DNA of 63,727 nt, the filler included, from Octopus bimaculoides (taxonomy: Eukaryota), in the NCBI RefSeq assembly GCF_001194135.2. It is 5 parts of 5 records of this genome, joined end to end, with 100 filler letters (N's around TTAATTAATTAA, not from the genome) between each part and the next. Parts side by side here need not be neighbours in the genome. Positions count along the whole stretch, not along the records: positions 41,846 to 62,403 come from NC_068991.1; positions 62,504 to 63,727 come from NC_069006.1; 3 more parts are not named here. One strand, given 5' to 3'. This document shows, one piece after another, positions 52,999 to 63,727 of the stretch. The position numbers and the translations under genes were made by a program. A model generated the notes under the pieces. It did not search any database, was not told the origin of the DNA, and saw nothing but the letters and a program-made list of their open reading frames with translations. The number at the start of each line of letters is the position of its first letter. The first letter of the stretch is position 1.

Positions 52999-53860
52999 TA
53001 ACGACAGCCACAGAGCACTAGAGTTTCACATATATAATACAGCGAATGGGAAAACTTTGACGTATTGAGATCATTCGAGCAATTAGTATACAAAAACTCC
53101 CGTGGGATTTAAAATTTAGAAAGAAAGGCAAGGGAGGTAAGTCAACTCAACTTTAATCTGCATTGTCAATATTAGAGGGATGTAGGCCGACGGCTTGTTG
53201 GGAGAAGTTGGAGAGACCCTTGGGTTAAACATTTTGTTTGTCTTGCGGATCAAAATGAATGGAAAATAAAACTATAAACATACACACCTATAGGAACAGC
53301 TTTTTCAATTTCTTTTCGCTTTACATGGCACCTGTTGTTATGAGGAATAGTTATCATAGACATCTCCCCCACCACTACTGGTCTTCGATAAAACATTTCA
53401 ATCAAATGATTTTATTGAATCATGACGTTTGGCACTTTACAATACAACCACAGTCGTAACCACTGATTTAATATATTATTTGTTTTTATTTATCGTCAGA
53501 GATTATTGTTAAAACCAACACTTTTTAAATGAAAAAAAAAAATTCATCAACATAAAAAGTACGAAATACTTGATAAATATTTCTTTTCTTATTATTGGAA
53601 ACAGATGCAAAGTCATTGAAAAAATATGTATTTCAAGTAGATTGATCTTTTCTTTTGTGTGATTAAGGAAATTTTCGTACACCTATTTCCATATTCACTT
53701 GAAAATGATGTTAATGTGACATTTTTGACTAAACTTTGTCAACAATTTCATAAAATTCTCACACCTATTTATGTAGTATTTTATAACTGATAAACGATTG
53801 GAATAACGCCTTTTATTATTTTATCATCAGCGCTAAATAATACAATACCTGTTCATAGAA

Positions 53861-54000
53861 GTGTGCGCGCGCGCGCGTTTGTACAAACTACTTTATTTTT
53901 TTTATTTTGATGTTGCTTGGCAACTCTTAAATCAAACCCACAGTTGTCTACCCTTGGTTTACATTACCGCCTCCCCTTAATCCCCTCCCCCGCCGCACCT
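53861..54000 (+). promoter_or_regulatory. Candidate TRIM9 promoter region
   Basis: Alternating gtgtgcgcgcgcgcgcgt at 53861-53878 and a C-rich GC-box-like tract (ccgcctcccc, cccctcccccgcc) at about 53967-53998, in otherwise AT-rich DNA 430-570 bp upstream of the ATG. Confidence 0.4.
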
Positions 54001-54433
54001 CAACAACTCTTGCCAGCATCTTTCTTCTTTTGGGCTTCCTGCCTCTCACAATCTGCTATCCTGCATCTATATTATCTTCTGACTTGAAATTATTAGCTTC
54101 ATTTTATCTTACATGTTTACTCCTGCTGTCTCTTACAAAAGCCAAGCAGGTAAGTACCTGCGATGTGTGGTTGGTACAGTTAGTACTTGTATTACTTTAA
54201 TCAAGGTATCCAGGATTACTACTACCGCTACTGACGTTCATTTACCATCATTGTTGTTATTTTTTGGATAATCTTACCAAATAACTTAAAGCTCGCCACT
54301 CATGATTTTTGAAGAGTTACATTTTTAAAGCAGCTTTCTTCATTTATTGTTGGCGACGTTAATTAATGTCAATGTCGCACTGACTAAAATATCTTCTAAT
54401 ATATATATAAACATCTTGTGATTAATCACCAAA

Positions 54434-55261
54434 ATGGAAGAAGAACTAAAATGCCCCGTGTGTTCGAGGTATTTCTGCAATCCAGTCCTGTTGCCGTGTT
54501 TCCATTCTCTGTGTATGGTGTGTGCTGTACAAATTCAAGAACTTCTACCACCGTTTGGACAACAGTCTGGGGGAAATTGTGGAAACAGTAATAGTAATAG
54601 TACTGTTGGTGTTCTAGATGAAGCGGGAGCTGTTTCTGTTGGATCAGAACAAGACCTTCCCGACATAGACAAGCTTAGTATTGTCAGCGAAACTGACAGC
54701 GGTGTGATCTGTAACAGTAGACCAAACAGCTACATAGGATCTCTTGGGTTTGGAAATATATTTTCCCAAGCTTCATCCGGAACCCTTTTCAGTATCCGAT
54801 GTCCAGTTTGTAAGAAGATAATATATTTAGATGAACATGGAGTACAGGCTTTACCGAAAAGCAGTATACTGGAATCAATCATCGAAAAGTTTGGATGCGG
54901 CTCCGAGGAACAAAGTACGGAAGACTCTGATTTAATTAAATGTCAGCTTTGTGAACAAGATAGCAATGATGCATCATGTATGTGCGAACAGTGCGAGGTG
55001 TTTTATTGCGATTCTTGTCGAGAAAGATGCCATCCATTTAGGGGTCCGCTTGCTAAACATAAACTTGTGAGCCCTTGTCAAGGCCAAATGCTTTTAAAGA
55101 AAAACAAAACAAAAGAATCCAAATGCCAAGAACATGTTGACGAACAGCTGAGTATGTTCTGTCAGCTCTGTAAGGTTCCAGTTTGTTATGTATGTGCCCA
55201 GGAAGGGAGACACATTAACCACGATGTCCAAGCACTAGGTGTTATGTGTAAAACTCAAAAA
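54434..55261 (+). CDS. TRIM9: First coding exon of a TRIM9/TRIM67-family E3 ubiquitin ligase (split C3HC4 RING, B-box1, B-box2); the gene continues beyond this exon
   Basis: Translation MEEELKCPVC...LPCFHSLCMVC...CPVC (RING with long insert), CQLCE..ASCMCEQCEVFYCDSCRERCHPFRGPLAKH (B-box1), CQEH...MFCQLCKVPVCYVCAQEGRHINHDVQALG (B-box2) matches TRIM9/67 from recall. Good start context (caccaaaATGG). Phase-0 donor AAA|GTAAGT at 55261/55262 after CKTQK. TRIM9 versus TRIM67 cannot be resolved; probably the single invertebrate orthologue. Confidence 0.95.
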
Positions 55262-55695
55262 GTAAGTTATCTTCTGTATTGTTGTTGTGGTTGTTATTGT
55301 TACGGGGCATAATTATTTTAAAAAATAGTATTATGAAAGATTTAAAATTATTTTTAATGTCTTTTTATTGTGATTTATACGTCATCTCTCTTTTCCCCCT
55401 CTCTCTCTCTCTCTCTGTATGTATCATAATTTCGTCCAAACTGCAGTATACTTACATCTCATGTTGTAAGATCGAAACATGTTGCTATTAGTAAAAACAT
55501 TATTTAAAATATATATAATTCTCGGCAGTTTAACGATTTGGGCTCTTTTCCTTTTTGTGGGTAGCTACAAGTGATATACTAATCGTGATATACTAAGTGC
55601 GTGTGTATGTGTATTTGTGTAAAATAAACGCCTTTACACGAAACTACGCCCCTGAGTCACTACTTAGCTTCTCAACTGATATATATATGTATACA

Positions 55696-55733
<38 letters not shown>

Positions 55734-55991
55734 CGTACGTGTGTGTATGTATGTATATGTATCTAATTTAGTCCTAAATGTAAATATTTACACATACATT
55801 ATGCACGTAATATATGATTCATGTAGGGAAGCATATCTCCCCCTCCTCCTCCTCTCTCTCTATGTATGTGTGTATATATATCCATAGATATGGGTGGGGG
55901 TTTACATTGGCGATATATATAATTAATATATTTATATCATTTATATGTATATAATTTATGAATATATGTATATACATATGCTTCTCTCTCC

Positions 55992-56074
<83 letters not shown>

Positions 56075-56099
56075 TACGCATAGAAAAAAGACAGGTAAT

Positions 56100-56136
<37 letters not shown>

Positions 56137-57405
56137 CGCATGAGCTGCCAAATCAATATCATAATTACTCAATCGTTTCCTGAGTCTCTAACCGTATGGC
56201 AATTTGGTAAATTATTTCCTGTTTTGGCAAACGAATCATCATCAGTATTATTATCATCCCCCCTCCTCCACTCTAAGAAAACTCATTAATGATAATTTTA
56301 CCATAATTATTCACGCTAGAATAAAAGCAAAAAAAAAAAAAAAGAAGCAAACTACATTTTATTTTTATTCTATCATGAACGTCACATTTAATGTTTTTAC
56401 TGTAGATATATATGAGGTGTTGGTTTGTTCCATTGAGTCTGCCTATGGACATATTTGGTAAAAATTACCTGGTGTATATCTCCAGGGGTATTACTGGCTG
56501 TCATACATAAAAACCAATCAGCTCTTAGTTTCCTTTTATTATATTAGACATATTTATATTTATTTCTTCCTTGCTTCATCTTGTTGCTCCTCATATACAG
56601 TGAGAACCACAGAAATATTTTACGTCAGGTGTAATAAAACGAAATACATTAATTAACTTCAATTTCTATTTATATTTCCTCGGAACCATTTTTTTACCCC
56701 CTCTCCCCTTTATTTTACTGTTCCCTAAGTATAAACTTTTATTGTATATTTTTTCTTTTGGTGTGTTATATTTAATTTCTGAGTATATAGCACTTATATT
56801 CTGTGATTTATTAAAAGAGACAAATTTATCTTGAAATGAAATGGATTCGTCTTTAATATTTTCGCGAACCTGTATTTCTGTTTGCATCGACTACTACCTG
56901 GCAACACCTTTTTGGAACTGGTTCTCCCTATCATTTTTACAACCTATATAACTCACTGCCAAATATTCGCTTAATCGAGCAACTTGTTGAAAAAATTGCA
57001 TTTTCCGCTGATGTCACATTCATTAAAGACATTTTACTGCAACTTTCAATTCCCGCATTGGTTATATTAAATTATCATTTTCCCCGATCTTCCTTCAACT
57101 TTAACTCAACTTATAATCGGCCCCAAAATGTTTAAGTTCTCTCTAACCTTCTTATTAGAGACATTAGAGCATTCCTTTCTCCCCAGAGGATATTCCTCAT
57201 CTCAGTTTTACCTATAATATCCAATAGCTTAGCCGCCCTCCCGTCTCTGTCTGTCTCGACTGACAAGCACCAGTTGCCACCATTCCTTACCAACACTTCG
57301 CCTCCTCACTTTGCTTATTTGAGGTTTATTTTATTTGACAACATTAAAGTTGGCGAAATGCTTTTTCGTAGATACAAACTAGCTATATTACATGCACACA
57401 CACAT

Positions 57406-57418
<13 letters not shown>

Positions 57419-57436
<18 letters not shown>

Positions 57437-57516
57437 CGTACACCGCGCACACACAAATACACCCAACACGTGTGTGTACACATATATATATATATACGTA
57501 CACCGCGCACACACAA
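57419..57516. repeat. 60-bp tandem repeat running into a gap
   Basis: catatatatatatatacgtacaccgcgcacacacaa starts at both 57421 and 57481. Confidence 0.85.
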
Positions 57517-59061
57517 NNNNNNNNNNNNNNNNNNNNNNNNNNNNNNNNNNNNNNNNNNNNNNNNNNNNNNNNNNNNNNNNNNNNNNNNNNNNNNNNNNNN
57601 NNNNTCTCGTAATTAAAAATCCTTTTACATGGCTGATAAAAAAAAAAAAATACTGTTTACCTGGAAAATTTATTGCTTTGAAAAACTTGAACATATGTGG
57701 TGGTATGGGGGAAGGGCTGGGGGGGGGCGATTGTCAGTTCGTTGAGGCGTAATGTTATTATTTCCAAATATATTTGACATGATGTGACTGACTTGGTTCT
57801 ATTTAAGGTGTGTGTATGTGGCTCCCACACTCACATAAAGCAAACTTATTTCTGAAGTCTATGATATTAATGGAGAGAATGGTGATGGATTTAGAAATGG
57901 GAACTTTTGGTTTTCACCATGGACGCTCTGTTAAGATTGCAGAAAAGCTTCATCACTTTTTTTTTTATAATTTTCGTTTTAACTTCCTTCTGTTAATCTG
58001 CTACTCTTATTTTGGAACTATGAAGATTGATTTTAAAACATGTTATGTTTTGTTCGTGTGCAGTGAAGTATTTCACATGAAATTAATTGCATGACTGAAC
58101 ATAAATATTCATTTAATATTTTATTTCTTTACTCTCTTGATGTCATTTTAAATTCGGTCTCCCCCAAAAGAAAGAGAATCTTTGCTTTCATTCCAACAGT
58201 TGCATCTGAATGTCAAAGTTTTTGATGCTCGGTTGAGCAAACCAAATAATTGATTTATTTTGTAGACAAATGAGCAGACTTCATATTTCCATGGCTTTAT
58301 TTGTATGGCAATTTTTTCTCCAAAAAATTCTTTGAGGCTTTAGATTTGGCTTGTTTTAATACATTTTCAGCTTGATTTCATTGTCAAATTACATAAATGC
58401 AAGGAAATAACAACTAGGAAAAAATTTTAAAATATTTTGTTCAATTTATTTTTCTTCATGGCTTTTAGCTTTATACCATTTAGGAAATATTTTATTAGCC
58501 TAATCCTGTTATTTTTCAAATGAACAAAAGAAAAATTGGATTTTTTAAATCAAAAATTCTACTTTTTTCACTTTAATCAGATATAGTACCAAACAAAAAA
58601 TATAGGATTAATCAAATATTTTTTTTTATAAATTGCCATTTATTTTTTCTAATACACTTATCTCTATTTATGTAATTGATACCATCACAGAAAATACATC
58701 AAAATATTTATTTGAGGCATATAAAGAAATTTTAGATGAAGCAACTAAGTGAAAAATTAACATATCAGACCAAAAAGAGTATATTTTAGGATGTAATTTA
58801 TGATTGTCACTCTACTGAGTCTTTGACTTGGTTCTAAATGATTCCCTACTACTTTAAGATGTGGTTAATTATTTTCTGTGAATCTAAAACTTCACCTCCT
58901 CCTCTTGTATTTCCTGATAAACACTGAGTCAGAATATAAATTAATTTCCTGCGTTCTGCTCTGTAACACATTTGGATACCAAAACCAGGGACTCCACCCA
59001 AGATAGGTACTAAAATTGGATTATCTATTTGTGTGTGTTCTCTTCCATTTTTAATTATTTG

Positions 59062-59100
<39 letters not shown>

Positions 59101-59111
59101 GNNNNNNNNNN

Positions 59112-59147
<36 letters not shown>

Positions 59148-59189
59148 GCATGTGTATGTATGTATGTATGTATGTATGGGCCATAGCTG

Positions 59190-60990
59190 AGAGTAACACT
59201 GGTCCCACGGATCACTTCCAACAAAAGTACAAATATAAATGGCAAGTACTAGAAGGGCTTCATGGAACAGCACAGCCTTGGTTTTGCTAATACAAGATTT
59301 CAGAACCATAAACTTTGCCTCTAAATATACAGCCATCCCTGTCACAGTGTTGTTCAACTAAGCTACATCTTAGCTAGAAAGAAGTGGATTAATAACATGA
59401 AAAATTCACATTTATACAACTCTTTGAATGTGTTGAATCTGACCACAGAATTGTTTCATGCAAATGCCAGATAAATTACTGCAAAGGACTAGCCAGAGAT
59501 CCTACAAAACAAATCAACCAGGGGAAAAGTATCAGGTGATGCTAACTGATGTAAAGAATTTTCAATTGCTATACACAACATGTTCATGAGGAGGCAGCAA
59601 AAGAGCTCAGCTGAGCCAATGGTACGTATAACATTAATGCTAAGCAGAAGAATCCTAGGCGACCAACAGTCAACATCACCAAGTTCTATCGAGAAACTGA
59701 CTGTAATGCATCCATAGGGGCAGCATTCATGGTTGTATAATCAGATAATGAAAGATTTACTGTGACTCAATCTCCCAATTCATAATAGAAATGGATAGCA
59801 ACAGAGAGTCATGAGAATCCATGTAAGGAGTGCAACTGAATGATGATAATAAACTGGTTCATAATCCCTGTGACAGACTTGGAGACAAGAATTGTAGTGC
59901 TGTATATGACACCCTAAACTACCAACGCATATAGCACTGGAATTACTCTCAAAGAAGAGAAAGAAGACACTAATCATTGTTTCCAATGGCCAGAGAGGAT
60001 TTGAAGAAAGCAGCCTAGAAACTTCAATCTAGGTCCACTACAAATACTGAAAAGAACATAGATTCATCCAAAATAGAATTTGATGAAGCATACAAAGAAA
60101 CTCTAGAGGCACACATTAAGTTCAAATATGAAGTTGACTAACTCCACAGTGAGAACAAGCACACTGCCGCTTGGGCAACTCTAATGAAAATACCAATAAG
60201 AGAACTTCTTAAGTAATCCATGTTATGGGAGAACCATTGACCAGCATTTAGAGGCCTGGTTTCAGCACTTTAGATTGCTACTTAGTAACACAGTTATGTG
60301 ACTCCAACTTTAACAGGAATCCTTTCTTCAACTATAAATTAGCAGACAGCCTACTGATCCAGATTGGCCCATCCACTACTATTAAGAAACAACAAGACCC
60401 CAATATCCTTGAGAATTCTGCATCCTAAGTTGGTCTCTCTCAATGCAAAGGAAACTGAATATATGACCATCACTGAGAAGGAAACCTATCTGCCAATTTG
60501 TTCTAGTGATAATAGACATCTCAATGAGTTTAGTGACTACAAATTCTTTGGATCCTTGATCTGGAAATCGACTGTTTCAAATTATTTTGCAAAAGTCAAC
60601 ATGACTGATATCTTCAAGGCATTCATTGCTGTGGAGTCAAAACCTGAACTACAAAGAAGGAGCTTGAAGATCACCTTGATGGTATGTGAATGAGGTTTTT
60701 CATGAAGGCTCAAAACACCTCATTGCCTGAGCACATGATAAAAAAGGTCTATAGATATATTCCCTCAATCTCTACTATTGTTGTTTAATGCAAGTTAGCC
60801 ATTTTTTGCTACTGCTGTCATGCTGAGCAACAAGCCATAGCAGATGTTGTATTTTATAGACTTTCCCATGCTAATAGGGGACAAAGGTGGCTCAAGTACA
60901 TTGATATTGGCAGAGACACAAAATATAAAACTGATACTCCACAAAAACTAGTGGAGGACAAAGAATCTTGGCACCATTGGAAAATGCTTC
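59190..60990 (+). mobile_element. Highly degenerate RTE-like LINE remnant (APE endonuclease end to post-RT) in the presumed TRIM9 intron 1
   Basis: Fragments EQHSLGFANTRFQ, YILARKKWINN and SDHRI (endonuclease end); SLNAKETEYM and DYKFFGS (RT C-terminal motifs); a KYIDI...EDKESW-like tail. Confidence 0.65.
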
Positions 60991-61245
60991 TGAGTTGCAA
61001 CCAGTTTAAGATGTGTATGAGTGTATACACACACACGCACACATATATATATATATATAAGATGTTTAAGCATATATATAATACAGGGGAACAATTTTGA
61101 GTGTAACTTTAGACTAAAATTGGCTTGCTTATTTTAAAACTACAGTCAGTTTTCTTCTGTCACATCATTCAGTGAGCACAATTGTAGAGTTTGTCCTTAA
61201 GTAATAGGGCTGCTCAGTTGCTTTAATTATATTATTGATAATTAT

Positions 61246-61283
<38 letters not shown>

Positions 61284-62090
61284 ATATAATTATGTGTGTG
61301 CGTTGCAATATATGTATCATTCTACAAAACATAGAATATATAGTAAGATACAAGAGAAAATGATAAGGGGTGTATAAAGTCATAAATAACAGAAATAGTT
61401 CAATGAAATTTTATTTAACAATAAAAAAATTGAAATATCAAGACAAATTGTTTCATAACTTAAGAACATGTAGATAATTTATATTATTATATTTAATAAT
61501 AAATAAATTACTTACTTCATTTAATTTCAGTTTGTTGTTGATGTTATTATTATTTTTATTATTAATATTAATATTTTCTGTATTTTTATGATCTTTTATT
61601 TTTCTAGATTTTTAGTTTTAAATATATTGCTTTTCTTTTATTGTACTAACAATATCTACTAGTTGCTTTCTAATTATATTACTAAAATTCCCTTCCATTT
61701 ATTAGACAATCATCTTATTATTTTATATCAATTTTACTTTTATTGTCTTCCATAATCGTTTAAATATTGACTTTGTGTTCTTGAAATGTTACATCAAGAA
61801 TTTAGTATTTAACAAAGATTTTCTTTCACCTGAGGATGTAGCTTAAATTCAGCTTTATTTTGAAAGATTTTTTGCAGTTTACACTAATGCAGACATGTAA
61901 GTAATTTATTGTCAAATATAAATTATCTACATGTTTAAGTTACAAAACAATTTGTCATGATATTCAAATTTTATTATTGTTAAGCAAAATTTCATCAAAA
62001 TATTTCTCTGTCATTTATGACTTTCTATTTAAATGTGTGTGTGTGTGATGTTAATGATGACGATGATATATATATATATATATATATATA

Positions 62091-62290
62091 TGTAAAAATA
62101 TGTGACATTTATTCAGTAGCCATGATAAAACTCCGAGTTTCGGATACCGGGGTGGGAACCCACGCCAACATCTCTTCAGTTCCTTTTCAATGGCCGGATA
62201 ACCGAAGAGATGCTGGCGTGGGTTCCTACCCCGGCATCCAAAACTCGCAGTTTTATCATGGCTACCGAATAAGTGTCACATATTTTTACA
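62091..62290. repeat. 200-bp imperfect palindrome (87-bp arms) built from two inverted hammerhead-like motifs
   Basis: 62091-62177 pairs with 62204-62290, with 7 mismatches (6 transitions). Confidence 0.9.
62124..62179 (-). ncRNA. Hammerhead-ribozyme-like motif with intact catalytic core letters
   Basis: Minus strand reads CTGAAGA, GATGTTGG-c-GTGG-gttc-CCAC-c-CCGGTATC (helix II), one extra C, GAAA, ACTC-g-GAGT (helix III), U17, TTATC. The 5' strand of helix I is poor. Confidence 0.55.
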
Positions 62291-62509
62291 GATAAATTCC
62301 TCTATTTACATAATATCGAGGTCTCTTTCTTTCTTTTGTTGTCCTTTCTATCCATGAAGCATTTAACGAAATAGAAGGGGATATAGCATCATACAACGTG
62401 GAANNNNNNNNNNNNNNNNNNNNNNNNNNNNNNNNNNNNNNNNNNNNTTAATTAATTAANNNNNNNNNNNNNNNNNNNNNNNNNNNNNNNNNNNNNNNNN
62501 NNNATATAT

Positions 62510-62695
62510 ACATACACACACACACACACACACACAATGGGCTCCCTTCAGTTTCTGTCTACCAAATCCACTCACAAGGCTTTGGTAGGCCTGAGGCTAT
62601 AGCAGAAGACACCTACCCAAGGTGCCACGCAGTGGGACTGAAGCCTCCACCTTGTAGTAGGGAAGTTAGCTTCTTACCACATAGCCACGCCTGTG
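62510..62695 (-). mobile_element. 5' half of the dominant SINE family
   Basis: gggctcccttcagtttctgtctaccaaatccactcacaaggc...cttaccacatagccacgcctg. Confidence 0.8.
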
Positions 62696-63247
62696 CTATC
62701 CTTATCTTTATTCAGACACACACACTACATGGGATCACATTATCCATTGTGTCCCTTCGTATTCAAGAGGGTAATTAACGATCAGAGGGAGGTTTAACTG
62801 TTATTTCAAGCAGAGTAAAGCACTACATAGAGGTACCACTGGATAGTAACATCAGGGTAAAAATGTGATGGTTATTACAGCTGTTGTTACTGTAGTTTTT
62901 TTTGTAAATGTTTAATCTCAGGTAAGCCTTGATTGACTTAGACCTACCATTAAAGACGTTCCTATCATGACCATTCCGTCATTTATTCAGCCAAAGTTCT
63001 TCCGAAACAAATACCCGAATTTATCGTTCCCCCATTCTTAAAGCGTAGGGAACTTTGGGAATTGACAGATGCGAAGTAACACACTCGGGCTTCATCTAAG
63101 GATAGAGTAGTTGAAGACAGTGGACATTTTTGTGAGGGTCATGGTTAGAGTGGAAATTGGAGAGGAAGTACTAGTAGTCCAAGTATTGCTATGAAAATAC
63201 TAACAGTAGGTAAACACGTGTTGCATGCATACATGCATATAAATGAA

Positions 63248-63295
<48 letters not shown>

Positions 63296-63297
<2 letters not shown>

Positions 63298-63600
63298 CGA
63301 AGGCGTGGCTATGTGGTCCAGTCCCATTGCGTGGCACCTTGGGCAAGTGTCTTCTACTATGTGTGTGTATGTGTGTGCGTGTGCGCGCGCACGTACCTTG
63401 CCATCGCTTGACAACTGATGCTGGTGTGTTTATGCCACCGTAACTTAGCGGTTCGGCAGAGGGGACCGGATAGAATAAGTACTAGACTTAAAAAGAATGA
63501 GTCCTGGGATCGATTTATTTGACTGAAACCATTTCAGGCGGTGCTCCAGCATGGCCGCAGTCAAATGACTGAAACAAGTAAGAGAATAAAAGAATATGTG
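63296..63600 (+). mobile_element. SINE of the dominant family with internal deletions
   Basis: ggcgaaggcgtggctatgtgg...ggcaagtgtcttctactat...cttgacaactgatgctggtg...gactgaaacaagtaagagaat. Confidence 0.85.
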
Positions 63601-63727
63601 CATGCACACACACACACACACGTTCATACACACATGCATGCATATATAGGTGTGTGTGTGTGTGTGTGTATGAATGCATATGTGTGTGTGTGTCTCAAGA
63701 TCATTGAAAAAGAATGAAGGAGCAACA

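Noticed and set aside
57707-57727. G-quadruplex-like G5-AA-G3-CT-G9 tract
   Set aside because: Single short tract with no supporting context; homopolymer length uncertain.

Overview
AT-rich, heavily gapped eukaryotic scaffold with dense microsatellites. The tRNA-derived SINE families and repeat landscape suggest an octopus/cephalopod genome; this is inference, not a database hit. Two protein-coding exons are well supported, both on the + strand. One is an isolated phase-1/phase-1 exon with two thrombospondin type-1 repeats (36683-37117). The other is the first coding exon of a TRIM9/TRIM67 orthologue (RING, B-box1, B-box2; 54434-55261). The rest is intronic or intergenic: several SINE families, RTE-like LINE remnants, a Penelope-like RT fragment nested in a SINE, an internally deleted mariner, a DD37D (maT) transposase fragment, MITE-like elements and simple repeats. 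The most unusual signal is a set of sequence-unrelated, degenerate type-I hammerhead-ribozyme-like motifs (about 27.4, 47.8 and 62.1-62.3 kb, with a partial one at 50.2 kb), plus long fold-back palindromes (50.0, 52.8, 62.1 kb) around the TRIM9 5' region. Almost all entries in the supplied ORF track are artefacts of N-runs or microsatellites. No CRISPR array, rRNA or true tRNA gene is supported.
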